64,000 nt of DNA, taken from sequence record PV764602.1. The stretch is one strand, 5' to 3'. The position numbers and the translations under genes are program-made. Below are positions 47,228 to 56,851 of this stretch, piece after piece. Under the pieces are notes generated by a model. It had not been told where the DNA came from, searched no databases, and saw nothing but the letters and a program-made list of their open reading frames with translations. Each line of letters begins with the position of its first letter. Within the stretch, counting starts at the first letter, position 1.

Positions 47228-49513
47228 ATGATTACCCATCAGGATACACTGTTCTCCAACATCCTATACGGAAATAATTGGAGTGCAGCTACCTACCAAG
47301 CCGCAAATCGGTTCACCATCCAAGGTGACAAGCGAACTTCGTATGAGGTAGGTACCCAGGTTCAGATTCTCACGTCTGCTGTAGCTACTATGCAGTACAG
47401 CTACGTTAGTGCAGTTACGTTCGCCTCCAACGTTACTACGGTGACGGTGAGCGACGGTCTATTCGCTTCGGGTCAGAAGATCAACGTTCGTGCATCGCCG
47501 TTTGGTGCCAACAACATGCCCCTCGGCCGACGCTTCAAAGAAATCAGCGTGTTCGGTGCGAACGGCCTGACGATCTCGAATGCGAGTCCGAAGTTCACCC
47601 TGTTCGTTGAAGGCGTTGGTGCGGGCAAGGTCAACACGTTCACTTTCCAGCCGGGCTCGGATGGTATCTCGTTCAAGGTTGGCCGTGATGCAATCGGTCT
47701 CGATGCCATGCGCATTGACGCCACTTCGACTGCCATCACCAAGGTGACGTTGTTCTCGCCCCTGACCTTTGGCGCGACGTATACGGGCGCCCTGACTTCG
47801 CTGACCGACCTTCTGACGATTGGTCAATACGCACTGACCTATTCGGCTACGGGTTCTTCGACCGGCAGCAATCGTCTGTATATCTCCGGCCCTAATGGCG
47901 GCGAGTTCACCGTTGGTCCTACCAACGATGCTCAGGTATTCCGTCGTATTCGACTGCGTGCTACTGACGTTGTGGTCGAGAACAATCCCGGCGGTTCCTC
48001 GCAAGCAGGCTCGATCTGGCATAGCCTCAACTTCGATCCTGACACCCGTGTTACCAAGGGTCAGAATGGTTCTTGGATGGATTCGGCTTACACTGCGATC
48101 AACAACCTTAACAACGCTCAGGGGTATTTCAACCAGTGGGCATCGGGCGCCGCACAGGCTCCTGTTGCAGGTTCGACGGGTGTTGTGCAAACCATGCACA
48201 GTGCGGGTGGCAACAACTTTAACCCTGTGGCTGGTGCTTCGCTGGTGCAGACGGCTTATGTCACCAATGGCACCGCACCTGCCCTGTATGTGCGACGCAA
48301 CGTAGGTGCTTCGGGTTGGTCTGCATGGACTAAGCTGTATACCCAAGCAGATTTCTCGCTTGGCGATTACGTCAAGATCGCAGGCGGTGATACCATCCAG
48401 TCCCCGATCACTGTACGTACTGCCTTGTCCGTTGGCACGACTGCGGATGCAACGTCCACCCTGAACTTCGGTACCTCGGCCAGTCCCAACGGTCCTGCTG
48501 CTACCATTTCTGTTACGGGCGGCGCAGCGACCACGGGTCGTGGTGCAATGACTATCAACGCGCAGTCCATCGCGCTGCCTGCACTGAACGTCAACGGTAC
48601 GATGAACGTTTCGGGCGCTGCTTCGATGGCGGGCCCACTGACCATCACTACTGGCTCCATACTGCTGGGTAACGGCACGTATGGGGAATCGCGTATTAGC
48701 AATACCTTCGACGACTGGTATTTGTATTCCAGTCCTACGGGACTTGGCTGGTACAGTATCAGTAAGGGTAGTGCTTTCTCACTGGACAAGAACAGCAAGG
48801 CGTTCACGTTCAATGGTGCGGGTACCATCAACGGTCAGACTACCATCAATGGTGGTCTGAACGTGGCGAGTGGTAGCGGTATCATCACTTCGGGCAACGT
48901 TGTTGGTGCCAACGGCAACTTCTCCAATGACGTGTTTGCTCCGGGCGCTTTCCGTGGTGCTCGCCTGCACATTTACGCAGGCTGCATTGCCTACGGTCAG
49001 GGCTTCCTGCCTAGCTGGAACGACTACGGTGATGGCGCAACGGTCCTGACTAACGCACGCGGCGGTGGTACGGGCGGTTTCAAGTTCCGTCAGATGAATA
49101 GTGACGGTGGTGGTCAGGTTTTCCTTGCCTTCATCAACCCGAACGGTACCATCGGTTCGGCGTCGGACGAACGCATGAAGGAATTCGGTAAGGTACTCGA
49201 CCTGTCTGACGCTCTTCGGTTCATCCGTGAGCAGCGAGTCAAGCATATCAAGTGGAAGCACACCGGCGAGGAGGATATTGCGTTTGGTGCGCAGAGCATC
49301 TTCAAGACCACTAGGTTCCTGGCCCACTATGACAAGGGTGCTGACTTCTGGCAGCTGTACTACCCGAAGGTCGCTCTGTATCATCACGAAGCTCTCTTCC
49401 ATATCCTTGAAGTGCAGAACAATCACGAAGCCGACATTCAGATCCTGATTCGCAAGAACGAAAATCTGGAAGAGGAAGTGAAGCAGCTGCGCGAACGGTT
49501 GGATTCTCTCTAA
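47228..49513 (+). CDS. Long tail fibre with C-terminal Peptidase S74 intramolecular chaperone
   Basis: G/S/T/N-rich shaft, WSAWTKL, SASDERMK cleavage motif and terminal coiled coil. Confidence 0.85.
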   Translation: MITHQDTLFSNILYGNNWSAATYQAANRFTIQGDKRTSYEVGTQVQILTSAVATMQYSYVSAVTFASNVTTVTVSDGLFASGQKINVRASPFGANNMPLGRRFKEISVFGANGLTISNASPKFTLFVEGVGAGKVNTFTFQPGSDGISFKVGRDAIGLDAMRIDATSTAITKVTLFSPLTFGATYTGALTSLTDLLTIGQYALTYSATGSSTGSNRLYISGPNGGEFTVGPTNDAQVFRRIRLRATDVVVENNPGGSSQAGSIWHSLNFDPDTRVTKGQNGSWMDSAYTAINNLNNAQGYFNQWASGAAQAPVAGSTGVVQTMHSAGGNNFNPVAGASLVQTAYVTNGTAPALYVRRNVGASGWSAWTKLYTQADFSLGDYVKIAGGDTIQSPITVRTALSVGTTADATSTLNFGTSASPNGPAATISVTGGAATTGRGAMTINAQSIALPALNVNGTMNVSGAASMAGPLTITTGSILLGNGTYGESRISNTFDDWYLYSSPTGLGWYSISKGSAFSLDKNSKAFTFNGAGTINGQTTINGGLNVASGSGIITSGNVVGANGNFSNDVFAPGAFRGARLHIYAGCIAYGQGFLPSWNDYGDGATVLTNARGGGTGGFKFRQMNSDGGGQVFLAFINPNGTIGSASDERMKEFGKVLDLSDALRFIREQRVKHIKWKHTGEEDIAFGAQSIFKTTRFLAHYDKGADFWQLYYPKVALYHHEALFHILEVQNNHEADIQILIRKNENLEEEVKQLRERLDSL

Positions 49514-49520
49514 GGACATT

Positions 49521-49538
49521 GGGCACAGGGACGTGCTC
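49521..49538 (+). promoter_or_regulatory. CsrA/RsmA-type binding hairpin
   Basis: GGGCAC-AGGGAC-GTGCTC; ACAGGGACGT matches (A/U)CANGGANG(U/A). Confidence 0.6.
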
Positions 49539-49556
49539 CCTTTTTAGGTAGAGGCT

Positions 49557-50948
49557 ATGTGGATCACCCCTCAGAATCAAACTCTTGATGACACGTTCGA
49601 TCCATACTTTCCGGGTACAACTCGGTGGTATGGTTACACCGGCATCCTCATCAACAATACGCAAGACACCTACGATCGGTACGCTCCTTTGCAGTATGGC
49701 AGGCAAGCTCCATCCACGGCGATCCTTGCGCAGAATCAGGTAGACCTGAATCAGATTTACGCAGCCCGAGGTACAGCCGGCTACCTGCAAGGTATCTCTA
49801 TCCCAAATTGCTACGTGGGCTGCTCTGGCGTTACCATCAACGATCTTCTCGCTGCTCGATGCACCATCATCATCAAGAACGACGGTACGTGGCAGCAGTG
49901 GTTCTATTCCACCAACTACAAGACGGATAGCCCGGGTGCATATGCACCTCCTAATCGTGGCATCCCTCGAACCGAAACCAACTTCAGCAACGGACGCATG
50001 AACGCCGCCGGTAACTGGGCACAGATTCCGTTCGCTGGTGTGGGTAACAACTACGAGACTTTCTGCCACGCTCCTTGGGCTCCATACGAAAGCAAGAACC
50101 CACCTGATCTAGATTGGGGTACTGCCGATCACTATAATCGGTATGATGCTGCACTCATCAACTATATCTGGCACAACTTTAAGGGCCAAGGACAGTTCGG
50201 TAGTGCTAGTGATCCATACGTGGTGCAGAACACTACACAGAACCCTAATGAAGACATTCCAGATGGTCGGGTATATCGCATCGACCGCGATATTCGGTTC
50301 ACCCTTGGCTTGACTGCACAGGGACGCAACAACGTTCGTTGGAACTACGATGACAACGGTGCTCTGTCATGGTACAACCGAGCCAACTTTTCGGTGTACA
50401 TTCAGACACCCGGCGGCGGTCAGCGTGTAGGTGCCACCTGCCTTATGACCAATGAGATTCGTTGGAATGCGTGGAATTGGACGGGTGGTAGTGTCGGCGG
50501 CGGTGGTGGCGGTGGTGGCGGTGGTTGCGTTGCTGCTACCAGCTATGTTGACTTCCAAAAGACCGCAGGCACTGTTGAGGCAGGCGACTACCTCATGGGT
50601 ATGACGGATGATCTGCAATTTATGGAGCTACACGTCCTGAGTGTGCGTCGTCAAGTGCAACCGTGTGTCCGACTCTACTCAAAGAGTGGCGTCACCCTTG
50701 TGTGCTCAAAGTCCACGCCGCTGACCCTACAGAACGGAGATTGCGTGCTGGCAGGCGAAGCACGAGCAGGTATCAAGCTTCCGGTACGATTCTTCGCGGC
50801 TGATCCTGAGTGGGAAACCATCGTCAAGATCGAGGAGGTTGGCAACCGGGAAGTGATGCTCATCAACTGCGGTGGACAGAGCTATGCTGCCGGTGAGTTG
50901 CCGGGCCGCTATATCTACACCCACAACAACAACCAGCAGAAGATGTGA
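49557..50948 (+). CDS. Fibre-tip adhesin-like protein with Gly10 linker and C-terminal Hint domain
   Basis: Aromatic/Asn-rich body; G10-C start of Hint at 50526; THN at 50919-50927 followed by NNQQKM. Confidence 0.7.
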   Translation: MWITPQNQTLDDTFDPYFPGTTRWYGYTGILINNTQDTYDRYAPLQYGRQAPSTAILAQNQVDLNQIYAARGTAGYLQGISIPNCYVGCSGVTINDLLAARCTIIIKNDGTWQQWFYSTNYKTDSPGAYAPPNRGIPRTETNFSNGRMNAAGNWAQIPFAGVGNNYETFCHAPWAPYESKNPPDLDWGTADHYNRYDAALINYIWHNFKGQGQFGSASDPYVVQNTTQNPNEDIPDGRVYRIDRDIRFTLGLTAQGRNNVRWNYDDNGALSWYNRANFSVYIQTPGGGQRVGATCLMTNEIRWNAWNWTGGSVGGGGGGGGGGCVAATSYVDFQKTAGTVEAGDYLMGMTDDLQFMELHVLSVRRQVQPCVRLYSKSGVTLVCSKSTPLTLQNGDCVLAGEARAGIKLPVRFFAADPEWETIVKIEEVGNREVMLINCGGQSYAAGELPGRYIYTHNNNQQKM

Positions 50949-51367
50949 TGATTGGTTCTGACCAACTCTCAGAAGTAGGTGTACCTGTCGGAGAGCTCTC
51001 CATTGGGAGGACTCTCGACGTATATGCGGTGGACGATCTACACTCGGTCATCCGCCTGAAAGGAACCGTCTCAAATCGGGTCCTGCGCAGTGCAGAAGTA
51101 GTAACCATCACAACTGCCTCCGGCGCTTCCGTTGTGGTGGCTGCCCAAAGTCGCCTCCCTGTCTATAGCGGACAGACAGCGCTGGCTAAGAATGTTGGTG
51201 CCAACATGATTGCTGTGATGGCCCCTAATGGCGCTTTTCGGTGGGAGCGGGTTGCCACCATCGAGGCTGGTACTGAGGCCGTAGTGGACCTCAAGTGTGA
51301 AGGCTACATAGTAGCCGGTAACGATCCTAAAACCGGGCTAATCTTGGTGTCTGGATCGCTGCCGTGA
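50948..51367 (+). CDS. Stand-alone catalytically dead Hint-like protein
   Basis: TGATG-coupled; aligns by eye to the upstream Hint (VVTITTASGASVVV, WERVATIE); C1 and HN are absent. Confidence 0.55.
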   Translation: MIGSDQLSEVGVPVGELSIGRTLDVYAVDDLHSVIRLKGTVSNRVLRSAEVVTITTASGASVVVAAQSRLPVYSGQTALAKNVGANMIAVMAPNGAFRWERVATIEAGTEAVVDLKCEGYIVAGNDPKTGLILVSGSLP

Positions 51368-51382
51368 CAGTCAATTTTACGT

Positions 51383-51440
51383 AAGGACATAAGGCTACGG
51401 ATAGCAGCCTCACATAAAGACACTTCCCAACAAATAAGGA
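51383..51440 (+). promoter_or_regulatory. Leader with three ANGGA motifs, one in an ACGGAT hexaloop
   Basis: AAGGA at 51383, GCT-ACGGAT-AGC at 51394-51405, AAGGA SD at ~51435. Confidence 0.5.
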
Positions 51441-51446
51441 ACGATC

Positions 51447-52124
51447 ATGCAACTCCAGGTTCTTCTCTCCTCTGTCGAAGCTCTCAAGTACGTTGCCGGC
51501 CTGCGGCTGCCTGCTGTCAAGGCGTTCAAGGTCAGTTCATACCTGCAACGTGCTCAGGTCCATATTGACGCATGGCAGGCAACTGGCCGGACTCTGGCCC
51601 AGCGCCACTACGGCGAAGACCAGCAGCCGCTGTCTCCCGAAGACGCCGTACAGTTCAAGGCAGCCACTGACGAAGTGCTTGCTTCGGACGTCGAAGTCGA
51701 TACTGTCAAGCTCCTGAGCTACCCGGCAGACTTCAAGGAGGAAAGTTTCATCCCCCTGAACATGGCCATCCTGTCTGAGCACTTTGTTGACGTTACCAAG
51801 CCCGAAGCTACTGGTGTCACTAAGATTAGTCGGGGTAAGCTGATTGGTGCCTACATGTCCCTGCAACAGCTGGGTCAGCAGGAACTGCCGAAGGCCGTTG
51901 GCGAAAATTTGCTGTTCAACCTGATGACGGTCCGAGACCTACTGAATTCGTTCTCGGAACGCGACGGTGAACTGACTAAGCAGGGCGATGCGAAGGCTCT
52001 GGAGGAATATCGTTCCGAGGAAGTGGAGGTCAACTTCTATCCCATCAACATCAATGCGTTTGGTGATGTTGAAGTGGCTCCGGCACTTCTCGTAGATGCC
52101 GCGTGGCTCATCACTGAGGAATGA
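51447..52124 (+). CDS. Tandem two-domain helical protein (DUF1617-like, possible fibre chaperone)
   Basis: Two related halves, each ending in an EV(E/D)V...(P/A)xx(M/L) pattern. Confidence 0.5.
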   Translation: MQLQVLLSSVEALKYVAGLRLPAVKAFKVSSYLQRAQVHIDAWQATGRTLAQRHYGEDQQPLSPEDAVQFKAATDEVLASDVEVDTVKLLSYPADFKEESFIPLNMAILSEHFVDVTKPEATGVTKISRGKLIGAYMSLQQLGQQELPKAVGENLLFNLMTVRDLLNSFSERDGELTKQGDAKALEEYRSEEVEVNFYPININAFGDVEVAPALLVDAAWLITEE

Positions 52125-52127
52125 TTC

Positions 52128-52673
52128 ATGGCTGAGTTTGACATTGCCTATAGGCAGCAGAACATCGAGTCGGATTTGATTGATGATCCTACTGACCCTG
52201 GGGCTGTGACAAACTATGGTTGGAACCTTGGCTCCCTCCGCTTGGTGGGAGTCGAGGCCGACTACGAATTCGTCAAGAGTATGACGGCGGCAACTGCCAA
52301 GGAATTGTATCGTCAGTATTTCTGGCATCCACTTTGGACCGAACTCAAATGTCAGCAGGCGGCAAACAAGCTGTTTACCCTCGCTGTGACAACGTGTGCA
52401 CCCAACAACTTCAACTTGGCTACTCGCTGTTTGCAGAGGGCCTTGTGGGCATCGGGCGCTTACGTGCATGAGGATGGAAAGCTTACAGAGGATGTAATAA
52501 GCGCGGCTAACGCCGTTGAGTGTTCGGCCCTAAGCTCTGCCATGCGTAGTGAAATGGCCTCCTACTACAGGACGCTTAACGCGGAGTATGAACTGAGGGT
52601 CAAGTACAAGCTGCCCGTGGTAGTCCCCGTGAATCGTTACATTCGCGTGTGGCTTCACAACTCCTATCGTTGA
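52128..52673 (+). CDS. GH108-family lysozyme-like protein (divergent)
   Basis: DDPTDPGAVTNYG, AKELYRQYFW, LQRAL and DG motifs; the canonical EGGY reads ESDL. Confidence 0.7.
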   Translation: MAEFDIAYRQQNIESDLIDDPTDPGAVTNYGWNLGSLRLVGVEADYEFVKSMTAATAKELYRQYFWHPLWTELKCQQAANKLFTLAVTTCAPNNFNLATRCLQRALWASGAYVHEDGKLTEDVISAANAVECSALSSAMRSEMASYYRTLNAEYELRVKYKLPVVVPVNRYIRVWLHNSYR

Positions 52674-52683
52674 AGAGGATGGC

Positions 52684-53409
52684 ATGACCATGAGCACGGA
52701 AACCGTTCTGATCGGTCTTGGCTGTCTACCTGATAACGCTCAAGCCCTTGAGGGGGCGTGCATTCGGTACGGCATCGAGACTACGTGGCACAAGTCCATT
52801 TTCATCGGACAGATCGCTGTAGAAACAGGTGGCTTCCGTGCCACCCGCGAAAGCATGAATTACAGCGTTGAAGGTCTTATCAATGGTTTTGGCCGTCACC
52901 GTATCAGTGTGGCGGACGCTCAGAAATACGGGCGTATTGATAAGGTCGTGAACGGCAAGAAAACTGTTATCCGAGCAGCTAACCAAGTAGCCATCGCCAA
53001 CATCCTGTACGGCGGTGAGTGGGGACGCAAGAATTTGGGTAATACCGAGTTGAACGACGGATGGAATTTCAGGGGCGGCGGTGACAAGCAATTGACTGGC
53101 CGCGCTAATTGGACCAACTACAGCATGGACACCTATGGTGACTTGCGTGTGCTGGAGAATCCTACTCTGATCGAACTCTATCCCGACAAGAGCTACACTG
53201 CTGGTTGGTTCTGGCAACGCAACAAGCTGGGTGACATTGCTTCGCAATATGTGCTCCCTGATGATCCCAAATCTCCGGAGTACGATTCCATCCTGCGTTC
53301 TACTGTTACGGTAGTTACCAAGAAGGTCAACGGCGGTGACAAGGGTTTGGAGGATCGCATCATGTGGACGAAAAAGGCCCTGCAAGGCTTCAATCAACTC
53401 GTACTGTGA
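52684..53409 (+). CDS. GH19-family endolysin
   Basis: FIGQIAVETGGF, ESMNYS, DGWNFRGGGDKQLTGRANW and VTKKVNGG..GLEDR. Confidence 0.88.
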   Translation: MTMSTETVLIGLGCLPDNAQALEGACIRYGIETTWHKSIFIGQIAVETGGFRATRESMNYSVEGLINGFGRHRISVADAQKYGRIDKVVNGKKTVIRAANQVAIANILYGGEWGRKNLGNTELNDGWNFRGGGDKQLTGRANWTNYSMDTYGDLRVLENPTLIELYPDKSYTAGWFWQRNKLGDIASQYVLPDDPKSPEYDSILRSTVTVVTKKVNGGDKGLEDRIMWTKKALQGFNQLVL

Positions 53410-53461
53410 CTAACGTGCTGGGAACATTAGTTCCCAGCATTCTTCGTATAGGCCCCTGACT

Positions 53462-53827
53462 ATGAGAATTTTAGCCAATAGCACCAAGGTACGCGAAGGG
53501 GATTTCTCCAAGCTTCGTATCCCAAAAGCAAAGCAAGTCAAGGTGCACACGCATGACGCATGGCAGGGCCGAAAGAATCATCACCTGTCCTACGATTTTA
53601 CTGCACCTAGCACTAGCATGCACCATCAAGCAGTCGGGAAGGCCATCCATGAGCATCTTGCGTCTCATGGCCTGTCTCCACACAAACGCTCCAGTTCGGG
53701 CAACACGGTTACCATTGAGTACAGGCACCCATCGGGTCACCGCGCCGTTGTCAAGATGAAGCGTACAAAGCTCGCAGGCGATCCCAACCATCACGTGGAA
53801 TTCGCCGTAGAGAAGACCGGTAACTAA
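53462..53827 (+). CDS. Basic His-rich protein, probable internal head protein
   Basis: MRILANS N-terminus; His/Lys-rich. Confidence 0.55.
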   Translation: MRILANSTKVREGDFSKLRIPKAKQVKVHTHDAWQGRKNHHLSYDFTAPSTSMHHQAVGKAIHEHLASHGLSPHKRSSSGNTVTIEYRHPSGHRAVVKMKRTKLAGDPNHHVEFAVEKTGN

Positions 53828-53847
53828 CACTTCAATGAGGTAACGTC

Positions 53848-54189
53848 ATGCCCTTGTGGTTGACTGCATGGTTTGCGAAAATGTGGGCCAAGTGCTCGCA
53901 GTATGTCATTGCCGCTGGCTCCATATTGGCGGCAATTGCTGGTATCTTCCTGTACGGTCGCTTCAAGGGTAAGTCCGCCGCCGATGCAAAGCATGCGGAG
54001 CAGGATGCGAAACGAATTGAGGCTGAAACCAAGATCGTTGAGAAGATCGACCAAGCTCACGAATCTACCCGTGAGCAGGTCGAGGAAAAAATCGAGAAAA
54101 TCCCTGCTCCAACTACGGATCCTAACGAGACAGTTAGGGTGGGGGATGCACCTAAAGATTCGGCCGCAGGCAAATTGAGGGGCTGGTAA
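53848..54189 (+). CDS. Inner-membrane spanin (Rz-like)
   Basis: N-terminal TM segment plus coiled coil; near the lysins and followed by a lipoprotein. Confidence 0.7.
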   Translation: MPLWLTAWFAKMWAKCSQYVIAAGSILAAIAGIFLYGRFKGKSAADAKHAEQDAKRIEAETKIVEKIDQAHESTREQVEEKIEKIPAPTTDPNETVRVGDAPKDSAAGKLRGW

Positions 54190-54416
54190 TGAAAACTCTC
54201 CTGATTATCGCCATCGCCTTACTTGCAGGCTGCGCAACTACTCCACAAGTGGTGGCTCAAACCGACATTTGCGCTGGCTGGAAGGCCATCAAGGTCAACG
54301 AAAACGACGAATTCACGGATGGAACTGCCAAGCAGATTCTAGCGCACAATTGTCAAGGCGCAGCCTTGAAGTGCTGGGCCTATCCGAGGAATGATCCCCA
54401 AATTTGTGAACGCTAA
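54189..54416 (+). CDS. Outer-membrane spanin lipoprotein (Rz1-like)
   Basis: LLAGC lipobox; Cys-containing mature part; TAATG coupling. Confidence 0.75.
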   Translation: MKTLLIIAIALLAGCATTPQVVAQTDICAGWKAIKVNENDEFTDGTAKQILAHNCQGAALKCWAYPRNDPQICER

Positions 54417-54425
54417 GAGGTAACA

Positions 54426-56810
54426 ATGCCGCTGCCCACTTCCATCCAACCCATCATTGAGAATACTCCGGACATTCTCAAAGCATGTGTTGAAGTCTAT
54501 CAGTCCATGTCTCTGCTACAGGACCGGGGCTTCATGTTCTTGAACGAGCAGATTGAATTGCTCACGTCTACGGGTCAGGTGGCACACGTCACCACTGCGT
54601 ATGGTACTCAGGTTGAGTTGCCCACGTATCATACTCTGGCAGCCACCTCGAACGCCTCTACGGAATTGGTGCAGCAGTTTCAGCGCCAAATCTACGACGT
54701 GTTCACTAGCAACAACCCGACGGTAATCATTAGTGACGGTCTTGGTAACGACACTCAGGTGATCGGCTATCAGACCATGAACGACAAGGTTAACGCTACG
54801 TCGGACGTGGCTTCTATCGCCAACACCAACGCGCTCAACGCGCTGGGTAAGGCCACCGAAGCGCTGAACCGTGTTACCAACTCCGAGCTCAACGCCAACG
54901 TGGCTTTGGCGAACGGCACACCACCCACCTATCAGACGCGTTCGGTTCTCGATACTGTTACGACGATGCAACGCAATAGTATCGCCTACGTGATCGCTGA
55001 TCCGGTTCCCACCAACAACACCATCTACCAGTACAACGGTACTGCATGGACTCCTCAGTATGATCGGCTGCTGACCGCCCTAGGTAGTCCGCGTGGCTAT
55101 CTGGCCCCACTCACGGGCGCTATCTACCGTACCTATCAGAGCAAGCTAGAATCACTGGTTACTCCTGAAGACGTGGGGGCCAAGGGTGACGGCACTACTG
55201 ATGACGGTCCCGCCTTCATCGCCGCCGCTGCGAACGGGCGCCTGATTGTGCTGTCCCCCAACAAGACCTACCGTATCACCTCCAACGCCACTGTAGGCAG
55301 CATCATGCCTAATGGCTCCAAGATTTCCATCGGTCCGGGCGCTACCCTGACTTTTGATGGCCTGATCGTGGACGATGCTACGGTTGTGTTTACGGGTGAG
55401 GGCAACGCCGTCAGCAGCACTAGCGTCTACAGCGTTGGCTGGTTCGCAGGTGATAGCTTTAACGCCAAGTGGCTCGCCATGAAGCGTGGTTTCACCCAGC
55501 AGGTAGTCAAGTACGTCACGCTGCCGATGCCGCACCGCACCGATCCTGCGGCAACTACCGCAGCTTCGGACGGTCAGGCACGTTGGAAGCTTACGGACTC
55601 TGTGGTCTTCAACAATACGGAATCTAACCTGATCGTCAATGCGCTGGGCGAATTCCTTGTGGACCAGTCCGCCTCGCTGTCGGCAGGTGCTTTCATCCTT
55701 GGCGAGCTGACTGCCCCCTCCAGCATCAACTTCCCGAACGGCTTGCGCGTCCTGTGTAACGGTAGTGCAACTTATGGTCTGCGCGTTCGCGGCGGTAGCA
55801 GCATCAGTTTTGAAGAACTACTGGTTCTGGACAGTGCAACCAACTCCGGCATCCTGTGGGACAACTATAACGGCCCGAGTCATCGCATTAGCTTCGACCG
55901 CGTGCGTATCGACGGCTTTGGTGTGGCAGGCGTAACTATCCAGCCGCAGGGTGGCCCGAGCTATCCGAACCAATCGCCTCCGATCACTTCGTGTTCGATC
56001 AATTCGCTGCAAACGCGAGGCGGTCGTAGCGGCTGCACGAACTTCGTCAAGATCGCGGGTAACGTGGATGGCCTGACCATCACCAACGTCCTTGAAGATC
56101 GTCCGTCGGGTAGCCTGCTGTTCGACTGGAGCGATTCCATGTTCTCGCTGACTAACACTCAGTACGGCACGATTGGTCGCTCCGGTTTGGAGATTGGTCA
56201 CATTCAGGCGACCAGCACCCAGCTGCCCATCATCCGTGCGTTCGACAGCACTTCCGCTGCTGACCCTGCGAATGGCAAGATCACGTTCTCGGTAGAGCAC
56301 ATCTATCAGGCGTATCAGCAGAACATCGTTCCGGTCATCATGGAATACTCGAAGAACTGCACCATCGGACGTATCAACGCAGGACGCCCCACCTCTAGTC
56401 AGGAAGTGCTTGTCCGTATCTTCCGCGACTGCGAGGGTATTTCTCTGACCGGTACACACTACACCGCTGTTCGTAGTCAGGCCCTGCGTACTCAGTTTGA
56501 CGGACGCTTCGGCATGGTGGACGTGGTGCAGCAGAACTCTGCGATCTTCACGGATCTAAACACTGCGGCACTGACGTTCAAGTTTGACCTAATCTGCCTC
56601 ACCTCCGCGTCTACTTACGCTTCGGGTTGGGCAGGCGCCAACGCTCTCGATATTCCCACGTCGCTGACCAAGAATATCAACGTTGCCCAGGGTCCGCTGG
56701 AAGGAACGACCGGCCCTGAAAGCACCCTCAGCATCAGTGCTGCGGAAAACAAGTTCTTTGTGGAAAACCGAACCGGACAGAATCAGCTCGTTGCGGTTCT
56801 CATGTCCTAA
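54426..56810 (+). CDS. Tailspike/polysaccharide depolymerase (beta-helix)
   Basis: TPEDVGAKGDGTTDDGPAF pectate-lyase-like helix start; N-terminal anchor domain. Confidence 0.75.
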   Translation: MPLPTSIQPIIENTPDILKACVEVYQSMSLLQDRGFMFLNEQIELLTSTGQVAHVTTAYGTQVELPTYHTLAATSNASTELVQQFQRQIYDVFTSNNPTVIISDGLGNDTQVIGYQTMNDKVNATSDVASIANTNALNALGKATEALNRVTNSELNANVALANGTPPTYQTRSVLDTVTTMQRNSIAYVIADPVPTNNTIYQYNGTAWTPQYDRLLTALGSPRGYLAPLTGAIYRTYQSKLESLVTPEDVGAKGDGTTDDGPAFIAAAANGRLIVLSPNKTYRITSNATVGSIMPNGSKISIGPGATLTFDGLIVDDATVVFTGEGNAVSSTSVYSVGWFAGDSFNAKWLAMKRGFTQQVVKYVTLPMPHRTDPAATTAASDGQARWKLTDSVVFNNTESNLIVNALGEFLVDQSASLSAGAFILGELTAPSSINFPNGLRVLCNGSATYGLRVRGGSSISFEELLVLDSATNSGILWDNYNGPSHRISFDRVRIDGFGVAGVTIQPQGGPSYPNQSPPITSCSINSLQTRGGRSGCTNFVKIAGNVDGLTITNVLEDRPSGSLLFDWSDSMFSLTNTQYGTIGRSGLEIGHIQATSTQLPIIRAFDSTSAADPANGKITFSVEHIYQAYQQNIVPVIMEYSKNCTIGRINAGRPTSSQEVLVRIFRDCEGISLTGTHYTAVRSQALRTQFDGRFGMVDVVQQNSAIFTDLNTAALTFKFDLICLTSASTYASGWAGANALDIPTSLTKNINVAQGPLEGTTGPESTLSISAAENKFFVENRTGQNQLVAVLMS

Positions 56811-56816
56811 CGTGGT

Positions 56817-56834
56817 GGTCACATGGACGTGACC
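56817..56834 (+). promoter_or_regulatory. CsrA/RsmA-type binding hairpin or terminator
   Basis: GGTCAC-ATGGAC-GTGACC-CTTTCTT; ACATGGACGT matches the full consensus. Confidence 0.6.
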
Positions 56835-56851
56835 CTTTCTTGAGGTGCACA

